This document shows, one piece after another, positions 1 to 9,350 of a DNA stretch of 64,000 nt (its first letter is position 1; each line of letters starts with the position of its first letter). The notes under the pieces are model-generated. The model was not told where the DNA came from and made no database searches. It worked only from the letters and a program-made list of their open reading frames with translations. The position numbers and the translations under genes are program-made. The DNA is from a virus: IMG/VR virus record IMGVR_UViG_3300050821_017216, positions 55,900 to 119,899 of that record; one strand, given 5' to 3'.

Positions 1-1
1 T

Positions 2-301
2 GCGGTCACCTCGGAAGAACCAGCTGACGCGGCAGGCCTGGATGTCCGCGAGACGCGCGCGCAGGTGCACGAGCCGGACCTGCAGCGCCGCACGGTGGGT
101 CTCGATGAGCGCGCAGGAGACCTCGTAGGGAGCCGCATCGACCCCGGGGCAGTCGCCATGGATCGCGCCGTCTCCGGGGCGTTGGTAGCCGTGGTGGACC
201 ATCCGCAGGCCCGCGTGGAGCTTCTGGTCGCTCTCGCAGATCTGGCAGTTGCCGACGTGGCGGGTGGCCGTCTCGGGGGTGGCGATGGACCGGGCGTTCA
301 T
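2..301 (-). CDS. Hypothetical Cys/His (Zn-binding-like) phage-type protein, runs off the left edge
   Basis: Frame read by hand from the ATG at 301: MNARSIATPETATRHVGNCQICESDQKLHAGLRMVHHGYQRPGDGAIHGDCPG...PYEVS. Strong GC3 bias. Not the frame given in the ORF track. Confidence 0.7.
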   Translation of the reverse strand, partial: MNARSIATPETATRHVGNCQICESDQKLHAGLRMVHHGYQRPGDGAIHGDCPGVDAAPYEVSCALIETHRAALQVRLVHLRARLADIQACRVSWFFRGDR

Positions 302-359
302 CGGGGGTAGACACAATCTAGCAGCTCGGTGTTCGGTGTCAACTAACGAATCTTTTTTC

Positions 360-387
360 TTGACCGTGAATACCGACGGGGTACAGT
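360..387 (+). promoter_or_regulatory. sigma70-like promoter for the helicase operon
   Basis: TTGACC-16 nt-TACAGT in the AT-richer divergent intergenic gap. Confidence 0.6.
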
Positions 388-434
388 GAGGTCTGTCAGG
401 CCACTCAACCCGGGAAAAGGAGATCCCCACCACC

Positions 435-2903
435 ATGCGCACCTGGAGCACCTACCAACTCGCTGTCTTCAAGAACGTCGCTGAAGGCACCGGTCACACC
501 GTCGTCAACGCGGTCGCCGGCAGTGGGAAGAGCACAACCCTTGAAGAGGCCGTCAACCACATTCCGAAGGGTCTACGGACCCTGTCGGTGGCTTTCAACA
601 AGGACATCGCCACGGCTATGGCCAAGCGCCTCGCCGGCAAGCCGGTCGAGGTCTCGACGCTGCACTCCTACGGTCTCAAGTGCATCACGGCTTCGCTCGG
701 GCGGCTCACGATCGACGAGTACCGCGTGCACGGTTTCGTCGAGGACCTGTACAGCGCCGAGATCGCTCGCCTAGAGAAGGCGATCACCGAATCGAAGAGC
801 GAGGCAGAGGCGTTCGAGTTTCAGGAACAGTTGGAGGCCATCGACGACCGCTGCCGCATGCTCATCAAGACCGTGTCGCTATCAAAGAACACGCTCGCGC
901 TGACGCCGGTCGCGATCGACGAGGTCATGTACCGGTTCGGCATCGAGCTACCGACCACGGAAGAGGACGAGGAGGGCGCGTTCGGGGACGAGGCGGGCGA
1001 TGACGCCGCTGAGGCTGACCGCCAGAAGTTCGTCCAGGAGGTACTGGGACTGCTCCGCCGCTGCTACAGCACCGAGGACGGCAAGATTGACTTCGACGAC
1101 ATGGTCTGGTTGCCGGTCGTCAGGAAGCTCCGCCAGCGCAAGTTCGACCGCGTCTTCGTGGATGAATGCCTGCCGGGGCCTACTCCGGTGCTTCTCGCGG
1201 ACGGGTCGTCGCGGACGATTCAGGATCTGGTCGAGAGTCGATACTCGGGCGACGTGCTCGCCTACGACACGGCGACCGGCAAACAGCGTCCCTGCCGCGT
1301 AACGGGTTGGCAGACGATCCTGAACCAGAAACCGCTCGTGAAGATCAAGGCTCGCTGGAGCCAGCGGAAGGGAACGAACCGGCCGACGAACTTCATCATC
1401 TGCACGGAGGACCACAAGGTGTGGGCGAACGGAGCGTGGGTGCCGGCCGGAGATGTGAAGCCTGGGATGGTTCTCCAGGTAGAGACTTCTGCGGAGAAGT
1501 CCCAGGTCGGCAAGATCACGAAACGTGGACGCGCCACGCTAGCCGAAGAGATCCGGAGGAAGAACAAGGCCGGGATGATGGGCGGTGTGGCACCTACCGT
1601 GTTCAATGGTGTGCGAGGCGGCAACGGCAAGGGCCCAACGGTGCCAGAGCAGGCGCTCATGGACGCATTGGGGGAGGGTTGGGTCTGGCAGTACGCGATC
1701 CCGACGAAGAAATCGCGTGGGTATGGCTATCCGACCGCGTACAAGGTCGACATCGCGAAGCCGGGATGCAAGATCGCGATCGAAGTAGATGGGCACTCGC
1801 ACGGCCTGCGAAGGGCTCATGACGAGAAGAAGGACAGACTCCTGGAGTCGCTCGGGTGGACGGTCATACGGGTACCGAACCGGCGAGCCGTTCAGAACGC
1901 GAAGGAGGAGGCAGAACGCATCCTCGCAATGACCAACTGCCCGATCGATGCTGTCGTGGAGTCAGTGGAGCCGGTGACCATCCCGAGCTTCCACGTCTAC
2001 GATCTGACGGTCGAGGACTTGCACTGCTTCTACGCGAACGGGATTCTCGTTCACAACTGCCAAGATCTAAACGCAGCGCAGATTGAACTGACTCTGCGAT
2101 CGGTCAAGTCTGACGGCCGTATCCTTGCGTGCGGTGACCCCCGGCAGGCGATCTACCAGTTCCGTGGCGCTGACGAGCGCGCGTTCGAGAACGTCAAGGA
2201 AGGTCTCGGCGCGACCGAGCTACCGCTGTCGATCTGCTACCGCTGCTCGAAGGCGGTTATCCGTAAGGCCCAGGAGCTCGTCCCAAGCATACAGGCGTCA
2301 CCGGACGCCCCCGATGGTACCGTTCTCCCAGCATCGCGCGAGCAGATGGAGAGGGAGGCGCAGCCGGGCGACTTCATCCTGAGCCGCACGAACGCCCCGC
2401 TGATCGGGCTCTGCATGTTCTTCCTAAAGAACGGCCGACGAGCCAACATCCAGGGGCGCGACGTGGGCAAGACCCTCGCCTCGTTCGTCAAGAAGAGCAA
2501 GGCAGCGGACATCCCCGCGTTCCGTGCCCACGTCGAGGAGTGGGCGAAGAAGGAGATCGCGAGGCTCGCCGCCAAGAAGCGCGACACGCAGGCGGTCGAG
2601 GATCGTGCGGCGTGCCTCATCGCGCTCAGCGACGGCGCCGTCCGCGTCGCGGACGTCCTCGCCAGGATCGAGGAGCTGTTCTCCGACAAGAGTGACGGCG
2701 CCTGCATCATGCTCTCGACCACCCACAAGGCGAAGGGTCTGGAGCGCGATCGGGTCTGGCTGCTCATCGACACCTACCGGCCGAGTATCTCGATGGAAGA
2801 GGCCAACTGCCTATACGTCGCTCAGACACGCGCGAAGCACACGCTCGTCCTGGTCGGCGGCTTCGCGAAGAAGTCCAAGAGCGACGGCGCGGAGGGCGCG
2901 TGA
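435..2903 (+). CDS. UvrD/Rep-family SF1 helicase interrupted by an intein
   Basis: Walker A AVAGSGKST, DFDDMV, split Walker B DE/CQD, GDPRQAIYQFRGAD, STTHKAKGLE, LYVAQTRAK. Confidence 0.93.
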   Translation: MRTWSTYQLAVFKNVAEGTGHTVVNAVAGSGKSTTLEEAVNHIPKGLRTLSVAFNKDIATAMAKRLAGKPVEVSTLHSYGLKCITASLGRLTIDEYRVHGFVEDLYSAEIARLEKAITESKSEAEAFEFQEQLEAIDDRCRMLIKTVSLSKNTLALTPVAIDEVMYRFGIELPTTEEDEEGAFGDEAGDDAAEADRQKFVQEVLGLLRRCYSTEDGKIDFDDMVWLPVVRKLRQRKFDRVFVDECLPGPTPVLLADGSSRTIQDLVESRYSGDVLAYDTATGKQRPCRVTGWQTILNQKPLVKIKARWSQRKGTNRPTNFIICTEDHKVWANGAWVPAGDVKPGMVLQVETSAEKSQVGKITKRGRATLAEEIRRKNKAGMMGGVAPTVFNGVRGGNGKGPTVPEQALMDALGEGWVWQYAIPTKKSRGYGYPTAYKVDIAKPGCKIAIEVDGHSHGLRRAHDEKKDRLLESLGWTVIRVPNRRAVQNAKEEAERILAMTNCPIDAVVESVEPVTIPSFHVYDLTVEDLHCFYANGILVHNCQDLNAAQIELTLRSVKSDGRILACGDPRQAIYQFRGADERAFENVKEGLGATELPLSICYRCSKAVIRKAQELVPSIQASPDAPDGTVLPASREQMEREAQPGDFILSRTNAPLIGLCMFFLKNGRRANIQGRDVGKTLASFVKKSKAADIPAFRAHVEEWAKKEIARLAAKKRDTQAVEDRAACLIALSDGAVRVADVLARIEELFSDKSDGACIMLSTTHKAKGLERDRVWLLIDTYRPSISMEEANCLYVAQTRAKHTLVLVGGFAKKSKSDGAEGA
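1167..2057 (+). mobile_element. Intein (297 aa) carrying a Vsr/DUF559-like endonuclease domain
   Basis: Begins CLPGPTPVLLADG and ends YDLTVEDLHCFYANGILVHN, followed by the +1 Cys. Internal KVDIA..KIAIEVDGHSH..DEKKDRLLESLGWTVIRV. Confidence 0.9.
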
Positions 2904-3301
2904 GCGCCCGCTTCGTCGCCGTACCCGCTTCCGCCATCCGAGAACGGTTGGCGGCGGCGGGGTTTCACCTCATCCCCTCCCCCTCCGGGGAGGAGGTCTA
3001 CGAGCGCTCGCACGATCGCGATGCGCGGTACACCGTGAAGGTTTACTCGTCGATCCATCGCGGCGCCGCCGAGGTCCGAGAGTGTGGGTCGGACGCGATC
3101 CGGGTTGTGGCCATCTTCGCCGACAGCAAGTTCCACTGGCCGGCGCGGGTGGTCCCGATCTTCAAGGCCACGCGCGTGCACCGCGCTGGCACCGTCGACG
3201 CGGTGCTCGACCGGATGATCGAGCGGGCGCGGGAGGCGTACGCGGCCTGCAACGACCACCGGAGCGGCAAGGTGCGAGCTCCTGACGGAGCGCGGGGATG
3301 A
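2900..3301 (+). CDS. Hypothetical phage-type protein
   Basis: GTGA overlap with helicase stop, GC3-biased. Confidence 0.75.
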   Translation: MSARFVAVPASAIRERLAAAGFHLIPSPSGEEVYERSHDRDARYTVKVYSSIHRGAAEVRECGSDAIRVVAIFADSKFHWPARVVPIFKATRVHRAGTVDAVLDRMIERAREAYAACNDHRSGKVRAPDGARG

Positions 3302-3435
3302 GTCACCTAGCCTGGCTACCCATCCTCGCCGTGGCCCTGCTGATCGTCCCGGCGGTGCTGGGTCTCGACGGGGGGTCGGACGAGTTCACGCAGTTCAAGA
3401 GCTTCCGCGACCGGATGCGGAAGAGGGGGAAGTGA
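3298..3435 (+). CDS. Small membrane protein (45 aa)
   Basis: MSHLAWLPILAVALLIVPAVLGLDGG..., overlapped at both ends (ATGA and TGATG). Not in the ORF track. Confidence 0.55.
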   Translation: MSHLAWLPILAVALLIVPAVLGLDGGSDEFTQFKSFRDRMRKRGK

Positions 3436-3851
3436 TGCAGAGGGTGATGTTCAAAGGCGGCACGATCCGGGTGATTGGCACGGTCCGCGGGTGCGAGCCG
3501 GAGGTCGCGGAGGCGTGCGGCTGGCCGTACCCGCGTCCGTGGATGTTCGAGGTGCGCGACGCGGACCGGAATGTCATCGCCGTCTGCTTCGATCACGAGA
3601 CGGCGAACCAGGTGCTGTCCGACATGATGGGGGTGGCGGTGATGTCCGGCGCCAGCGAGAGGACGCTCCACGTCCGCGCGCGATACTACCCCGGCGGTAA
3701 GAAGGGTCGGTCTGCCGCTCGCCGGCTGCGGGCGATGGGGCTGACGCCGGGGTACACGCGCGACGGGTGGCGCGTGCTGCGCAGACCGGTCGTGATCGAG
3801 TCGGGTGAGCCGATCGGGATCTTGGAGAGGGAGTACGACGATGGCGGTTGA
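3435..3851 (+). CDS. Hypothetical protein
   Basis: TGATG coupling, GC3 bias. Confidence 0.65.
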   Translation: MQRVMFKGGTIRVIGTVRGCEPEVAEACGWPYPRPWMFEVRDADRNVIAVCFDHETANQVLSDMMGVAVMSGASERTLHVRARYYPGGKKGRSAARRLRAMGLTPGYTRDGWRVLRRPVVIESGEPIGILEREYDDGG

Positions 3852-4689
3852 AGCAAAAAGAGGTTGCGGCTGGAGAAAGGTTGGCGGTTTATATTTAGTG
3901 GGCGGCGGCCTCTCCGCTCCGTGCGACCGGATGCCGTTCCACCTCGAGCGCTGCCGGACTTGCGGTGGGGGGATCAAGTTCACGCGCGGGCCGCAGTGGC
4001 TGCAGCCGGACTTCTTCCCGGTGCACGATCCGATCGGCGACACGAATCGGCTCGCATCTCTCGTGCCATTTTGGGAAAAGCAAATTCGAGAAGTAGCTAC
4101 AAGTATAGGAGAAGATCGTTCGTGTTGTGACGAGGCTCCGTGCCCGGTCTGCCGCAACCGCGACGACTTCGGCCCGCACCTGATGCTCTGGATCGGCCGC
4201 AAGCACTACACGCCGGAGGGTTACCTCAGGGAGTCGCGCGAGCTTGGTGTCAGTCGGCGCCTGTCGGCGCTGCCGAAGGGCCTAGTGCTCGGTGAGACAT
4301 GGGTGCTGCTGGCGCACCTCGACGCTGTGCCGCCGAAGGATCCGACCATCTGCACGCGGTGTGAGATGGGTTCCATCATGCACAAAGGCCACCACGACTA
4401 CGCCTTCAAGGGCAGCGGGCCTGCGTCGTTGTCCGTCAACAGCGTGGTTCGTGTGGCGTGCGACGAGTTTCAGACGCCCAAGCCGACTCCAGGCATCTTC
4501 TGCGCGTTCGTCCCGCGCGCCGTCGAGTTGATCCTCAAGCAGTCCGACGCGACGCCCGAGCGCGTCGAGAAGGAGGCGAAGCGCGGGGTGACGGTGGTCG
4601 CGGTCCCCGACGACGACAAGGACCACCAGGGGAGCGTCTGGGACAAGGACGACGACTCGCAGCCTGAACTGCCCGGGGTGGCACTGTGA
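3841..4689 (+). CDS. Cys-rich hypothetical phage protein (EAKRGCGWRKVGGLYLV type)
   Basis: ATG at 3841 after a GGGAG-like RBS, several CxxC motifs. Confidence 0.75.
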   Translation: MAVEAKRGCGWRKVGGLYLVGGGLSAPCDRMPFHLERCRTCGGGIKFTRGPQWLQPDFFPVHDPIGDTNRLASLVPFWEKQIREVATSIGEDRSCCDEAPCPVCRNRDDFGPHLMLWIGRKHYTPEGYLRESRELGVSRRLSALPKGLVLGETWVLLAHLDAVPPKDPTICTRCEMGSIMHKGHHDYAFKGSGPASLSVNSVVRVACDEFQTPKPTPGIFCAFVPRAVELILKQSDATPERVEKEAKRGVTVVAVPDDDKDHQGSVWDKDDDSQPELPGVAL

Positions 4690-4976
4690 AGCTGAAACCT
4701 AAGTCGGAGCGCCGCGAGGCCATTCGACGCGGGGAGTGTCTCGTCGACGGGTGCGCGCGACCGATCTTCGGGTTCGGGTTCTGCCGCGAGTGCCTGTCCG
4801 ATCTGAACTCCAAAATGGAGTCGGGTGTGATCGGAGTGGCGCGCGCGCCAGAGTTGTGCTGCGCACGATGCGGGGTGGCTGAGGGCGTGCATGGTGGCCC
4901 GTTCGTCGCCGGCAATCGCCTGATCGAACCGTGCGGTGAGTTCCAGCGCCGGGAGGTGTCCCGTGGATCTGCCTAG
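4686..4976 (+). CDS. Small Zn-finger-like protein
   Basis: GTGA overlap, CxxxxC, CxxC and CxxCG motifs. Confidence 0.6.
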   Translation: MKLKPKSERREAIRRGECLVDGCARPIFGFGFCRECLSDLNSKMESGVIGVARAPELCCARCGVAEGVHGGPFVAGNRLIEPCGEFQRREVSRGSA

Positions 4977-5309
4977 GGTAGAGACGCGCATGAGCGTCAT
5001 GCAGATTGCTGCGCCCGCAGAGGGTGAACTCGTCGCCTACCTCAAGGCATTGAGCTACGAGGTCGATTGGGACTTCAGAGTCAGCCTCGGCCGATGGCTC
5101 GAGGTCTATGACGGCGACCGCATGGTCTTACAGATCGACGAATGGGCACCTCTCGACGATTTTCTCGAGTGCCTCCCCGGTCTCGTTGAACTAGGTCGCC
5201 ATTCGACGGAAAAAGAACGTGCAGCCTCCGACTGGGAGATGCGCTGTCCGAACTTGAAGGACGCCGAGGAGCTTCTGCGGCGCGTCCAGCGCCGGGAGAT
5301 GTCCCATGG
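4942..5309 (+). repeat. 25-nt direct repeat (4942-4966, 5285-5309) flanking one gene
   Basis: TCCAGCGCCGGGAG(G/A)TGTCCC(G/A)TGG, 2 mismatches. Each copy includes an RBS and a start codon. Confidence 0.75.
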
Positions 5310-5313
5310 TTGA
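4963..5313 (+). CDS. Hypothetical protein
   Basis: GTG after GGGAGG RBS. Confidence 0.6.
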   Translation: MDLPRVETRMSVMQIAAPAEGELVAYLKALSYEVDWDFRVSLGRWLEVYDGDRMVLQIDEWAPLDDFLECLPGLVELGRHSTEKERAASDWEMRCPNLKDAEELLRRVQRREMSHG

Positions 5314-5539
5314 ACGTCCGGACCGCGAACCAGGCGAGTACAGTGTACCGTGCCAGCGCTGCGACGGGCGCAACGCGACGCAGAAGAAGATCAACAACGA
5401 GCGCGCGTGTTGGGTGTTTGCTGCCGCGACCGGGCGCACGAGTGATGTTGTTCGACTTTGCGTGTCGTGCTTGCGGACCGTGAACAGTCTCGCGGTCGCT
5501 GTCGCTAGGGTGAAGCCAAGGAAGTCGAAGACGTGGTGA
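5306..5539 (+). CDS. Small Zn-finger-like protein
   Basis: CQRCD and CVSC motifs, RBS GGGAG. Confidence 0.6.
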   Translation: MVERPDREPGEYSVPCQRCDGRNATQKKINNERACWVFAAATGRTSDVVRLCVSCLRTVNSLAVAVARVKPRKSKTW

Positions 5540-5567
5540 TTGACAACGGTATGCGACGATATACACT
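5540..5567 (+). promoter_or_regulatory. sigma70-like promoter
   Basis: TTGACA-16 nt-TACACT. GTGATTGACAACGG recurs identically at the 37830 promoter. Confidence 0.7.
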
Positions 5568-5579
5568 GGAAGGTACCTC

Positions 5580-5765
5580 ATGACGGACAAGCAAGAGCAG
5601 CAGGTTCAGACCGCGATCCGACTCGGCGAGTCGGTACTGAAGCTCGCGGACGACATCGCGGACCGGATGTCGCGACCCGGACTGCGGCTGACGCGCGCGG
5701 ACCTCCTCCGGTTGGCCATCCACGAGGGGCTGGCCAAACTCAACGCGGAGAACAAGAAGCGATGA
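5580..5765 (+). CDS. Ribbon-helix-helix-type regulator
   Basis: 61 aa, TAIRL strand then two helices (..TRADLLRLAIHEGL). Confidence 0.65.
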   Translation: MTDKQEQQVQTAIRLGESVLKLADDIADRMSRPGLRLTRADLLRLAIHEGLAKLNAENKKR

Positions 5766-5974
5766 GCCGCAACCCACTCACCTCCGCCGATCGTGCCGCG
5801 ATGCGGCGGTTCGTGTCCGCGGTCGAGACGCTGATGCTCGAGCTCACCCCCAAGCAGGTCGGCAGGATCGCCGACTACGTCGCCGAGCACGGTACCGACG
5901 GGGACGGTGGGGATCGCGAGGACGCGGTGGTGCTCGAGTGCCTGCGGCTCGTCGTCGACGCGGTGAACCGGTGA
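5762..5974 (+). CDS. Hypothetical protein
   Basis: ATGA overlap, 70 aa. Confidence 0.6.
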   Translation: MSRNPLTSADRAAMRRFVSAVETLMLELTPKQVGRIADYVAEHGTDGDGGDREDAVVLECLRLVVDAVNR

Positions 5975-8313
5975 GCGCGGCCGAGCACATCGTCCCGGTC
6001 GAGCGACCACCGCCCGAGCCGCGCACCGAGGAGATCTGTGAAGAACACCCCGACACCCCGGCAGTTGGGCGCTGGTACTACGTCCGCGGCCGGGACAGTG
6101 AGACCGGCGCGCTCTCGGCTAAGCGGTGGCTCGGGTGCGTCGTCCGGCTGGGCTCGAACTACGTCAAGCTGGAGGACCCTACAAGCGGCAACACGGAGCG
6201 CGTCCACGACGAGTTCTGGGAGCGGTGCGAGTTCGTCGCGGAGCCAGAGCGGCTCCTTCGCGGCAACGCCGAGCGCTGCCGGCGCGAGCTCGACGGCCTG
6301 ATGGAGGAGGTCAAGCTCCTGACGACGAAACTCGGCGTCGCGCCCAGCCTCGCGTTCGGCAGCGGCGCCGAGGCGCACGCGACGGCGCTGGCGCTCGGGA
6401 CCGCGGCGCCGGCTGCCGAGTACAAGACCGCCCTGGTCAGGGCCAAGGAGGAGACGCTGCCGGCGCTCTTCGAGCAGATCAAGGAGAAGAGCGCGGAGTA
6501 CGCGAAGTGGCTGTCGGCCGGACTCGTGCCGATGCGGGCCGAGGCGGCGGCGCTCGAGCCCGCCATCGAGCGAGTCGAGGACCGCATCTTCTCGGTCGAG
6601 CTCTACGCGGGGCTCTGCGAGGAGGTCGAGCAGGTCAAGGACGGCGAGCCAGCTGCGCTCACCGAGCCGGTGCACCTCTTCCAGCGACGCCTCTACATGG
6701 ACGAGGAGTGCCTCGCGAACTTCGACGCGGGCGGGATGGACTTCCGGACCCTACGCAAGTTCGAGCGCTGGCTCTGCCGCAGGGACAACCTCGATCGCAT
6801 CTTCCCGTTCCCGCGCACCGTCGTGGCCTTCCAGGTCCGCCACCACGAGAAGGCGCGTGAGGTCACTGGTTTTCGCTCATTCATCTGGATGTTGGAGGAA
6901 AAGCGACTCGACAAGCTGACGTTCCTCTACATCCGAAACGGCGATCGGGTCTACAGACTGAGCACCGAGATCGACTTCGGCCCGAAGCTGTTTCCCGACA
7001 TCGACCACCCCGCGCTGTCGGCCGGAGAGGGTCGCCTCTACGCGAACCTCAAGTGGTCCGACAAGAAGATCATCACCGAGGCCGCCTACCAGGCGAAGGT
7101 CGCAGAGGAGGAGGCGAAGCGGGCGGAATACGAGCGCTGCGTCGCGGAGGAGAAGAAGAAGCCGAAGAAGGACCGCGAGTGGGTGCGTCTGGACGTCGAC
7201 AGCTTCGACAGCTCCCCGAACTACGAGCCGTTCACGCGCGAGAGCGTCCAGTACGACGACATCGCGAAGCACCTCCGCGGCGAGATGGAGCGGCACAACC
7301 GGATCGTGTTCGTGCTCCAGGGGCTACTCGACCGCTCGCCGGCCCTGCACCCGCACCCGCCGTGGCGGCTCTTTGACGCGAATGGGTTCGAGCAGGCGAT
7401 CGTGCTGCACAGCGACTCCGACCGAGTGCTCGTGGCCGGCGACAAGCCGGACTTCGAGGCGTACCGTGCGCGGCTCAACGCCAGCATCACGGTCGGTAGC
7501 GTCACCGTCGGTCAGCAGGAGGCTTGGCTGCGCTACGAGGCCCGAAAGGAGACCGACCGGCGCGACCGTGACCGGGCCTGGGTGAACGTGGACTACCGAC
7601 CGGAGAAGTGGCAACCGCCCGGCGATCCGGGTCCCGGACGGTTCGCGCGCGTCGCACGCGTCGACGGCTCCGGGCACGTGCACTACCGGTGGACCAAGGA
7701 GCGCGCGCGAACCGACGGTCCGCCGGTTGCTCGCAAGTACGGTTGCAAGGCCAGCCGGGTGCTCAACGTCGACGCCTACCAGCCCGGCGACTACAAGATC
7801 TTCTTTGCCGACCCTCGCACGCGCGAGGAGTACCTGAAGTGGGCGCCGTTCCTCCTCGCGGCCGAGAAGTTCAAGGCCGGCAAGTACGAGACGGTCCCGC
7901 CGCTCGCCGATCTGCCGAAGCCTGCGCCGAGGTCACGGTCGGTCGGTCAGTCCGACTACGCGCACCGCAAGGTGCTCCGTGGCTTCCTCGGGCAGGCTGT
8001 CCGGCTGCGATCCGCCATCACGACCAAGGGCGGTAGGGAGTACGCGAAGGGCTCGCTCTGGCGCGTCACGCACCTCGAGCGCGGCGAGTTCACCATCACC
8101 GGCATCGACGAGGCGGGCGCGATCGAGCTGCGCGAGAAGGTGGTTGACGCTGACGGGTGGCGCGGGACGCGCACCGTGGGCTGCGTCTCGCACCGAGACT
8201 TCTACATCGAGTCGGCGCTCGAGGCGGACCAGAAATACCAGTACATGGAGCCTGAGCGCAGGCGGGCGCCTGTCGTAGACGACGACGATGGAGATGGGGA
8301 GAGTGAGTCATGA
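5971..8313 (+). CDS. Large hypothetical protein (about 780 aa) with a coiled-coil segment
   Basis: Long GC3-biased ORF, GTGA overlap, function not recognised. Confidence 0.85.
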   Translation: MSAAEHIVPVERPPPEPRTEEICEEHPDTPAVGRWYYVRGRDSETGALSAKRWLGCVVRLGSNYVKLEDPTSGNTERVHDEFWERCEFVAEPERLLRGNAERCRRELDGLMEEVKLLTTKLGVAPSLAFGSGAEAHATALALGTAAPAAEYKTALVRAKEETLPALFEQIKEKSAEYAKWLSAGLVPMRAEAAALEPAIERVEDRIFSVELYAGLCEEVEQVKDGEPAALTEPVHLFQRRLYMDEECLANFDAGGMDFRTLRKFERWLCRRDNLDRIFPFPRTVVAFQVRHHEKAREVTGFRSFIWMLEEKRLDKLTFLYIRNGDRVYRLSTEIDFGPKLFPDIDHPALSAGEGRLYANLKWSDKKIITEAAYQAKVAEEEAKRAEYERCVAEEKKKPKKDREWVRLDVDSFDSSPNYEPFTRESVQYDDIAKHLRGEMERHNRIVFVLQGLLDRSPALHPHPPWRLFDANGFEQAIVLHSDSDRVLVAGDKPDFEAYRARLNASITVGSVTVGQQEAWLRYEARKETDRRDRDRAWVNVDYRPEKWQPPGDPGPGRFARVARVDGSGHVHYRWTKERARTDGPPVARKYGCKASRVLNVDAYQPGDYKIFFADPRTREEYLKWAPFLLAAEKFKAGKYETVPPLADLPKPAPRSRSVGQSDYAHRKVLRGFLGQAVRLRSAITTKGGREYAKGSLWRVTHLERGEFTITGIDEAGAIELREKVVDADGWRGTRTVGCVSHRDFYIESALEADQKYQYMEPERRRAPVVDDDDGDGESES

Positions 8314-8480
8314 TGGATCACGGCACGTGCGCGCGGTGCGGGGCCAACATGCGCTCCGTGCGCGTCGACCACGTCAGCGCAGTCAAGGGCGCCGACGACT
8401 GTAGTGACGTGGTCGCCTGCACGAACGAGCGCTATCCGGACTACCTGCCCGGAGACGACGGGATTGGGGTGACGTCGTGA
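8310..8480 (+). CDS. Small Cys-rich protein
   Basis: MMDHGTCARCGANM..., overlaps both neighbours. Confidence 0.5.
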   Translation: MMDHGTCARCGANMRSVRVDHVSAVKGADDCSDVVACTNERYPDYLPGDDGIGVTS

Positions 8481-8902
8481 GTCTCGAGAAGACCGCAGCC
8501 GAGATCGCGCGCACCCTGCGGCGGGAGGCTCGCCAGTCGGGGCTGGCGCAGCGGTACTGGTCCGGCTGGAAGGTCCTGCTCTCGTTCGGTCCCTACGTGG
8601 ACGCCTTCGACGAGGGGACGCTGCGCGTCGCCGAGGACGTCGTCGAGCAGCTGACTGGCAAGAGGCCGGACGCGACCGATCACGCCACCACGCGCGCGGT
8701 CGACCGGGGGCGGTGGCACCTGTCGGCGAGCTGGCGCGGCGGGAACGACGTCGGGGACGGACGCGCGCGGCTGGGCGAGCTGGTGTCCGAGATCGGGGTC
8801 CCGGAGAGTGAGCGCGCCGGCCGCCAGCCCGCGCGCGTGTTCGGGGCGACTGGCCCGAGCGCCCAGGTCACGCACTGGATCTGGTCCGAGGTGGTGTCGT
8901 GA
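8477..8902 (+). CDS. Hypothetical protein
   Basis: GTGA coupling. Confidence 0.65.
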   Translation: MSLEKTAAEIARTLRREARQSGLAQRYWSGWKVLLSFGPYVDAFDEGTLRVAEDVVEQLTGKRPDATDHATTRAVDRGRWHLSASWRGGNDVGDGRARLGELVSEIGVPESERAGRQPARVFGATGPSAQVTHWIWSEVVS

Positions 8903-9132
8903 GGGTCGCGAGCGGCACGCGTGTGGGGCTCTGCGAGCACATCACCAAGGACGCCACCACGGTGATGATGCTCGAGGTGCGGACCGACGAGGGACAGATC
9001 CTCGTCTTCTTGTGCGCCGCCTGCAGCCCGCGGTACGCGGTCACGGGCGACCTGCAGCCGCTGGTGAAGCGGCAGATCGTGGTGGGCCAAGGAGGCTGGA
9101 GCGTGAAGGTCGAAGTGGAGGCGCCGTCGTGA
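8899..9132 (+). CDS. Hypothetical protein
   Basis: GTGA coupling. Confidence 0.6.
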   Translation: MRVASGTRVGLCEHITKDATTVMMLEVRTDEGQILVFLCAACSPRYAVTGDLQPLVKRQIVVGQGGWSVKVEVEAPS

Positions 9133-9350
9133 GCGACGAGACCGTCACGCTCTACTGCGTGGAGCGCAGGCACCTGGACGACCTGCGCGCCGTGTCCAGC
9201 AGGCTCGCGAGCGGCGCGTTCATGGACGCGGTCTCCCGCAAGGAGGCCGCCATGGCCATCATGTCGGCCGTGCGGTTCGCCGAGGTGCTCGACGCGCTGC
9301 GCGGTCCCGGCGAGCTGGAGGTGCACGTCTGCCCGAAGGGGGAGCCGTGA
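9129..9350 (+). CDS. Hypothetical protein
   Basis: GTGA coupling, VSDETVTLYCVE... Confidence 0.6.
   Translation: MSDETVTLYCVERRHLDDLRAVSSRLASGAFMDAVSRKEAAMAIMSAVRFAEVLDALRGPGELEVHVCPKGEP

Noticed and set aside
6-314. ORF-track calls 6..314 (-) and 65..310 (+)
   Set aside because: Wrong frames. The protein-like frame is the minus-strand ORF from ATG 301 running off the edge.
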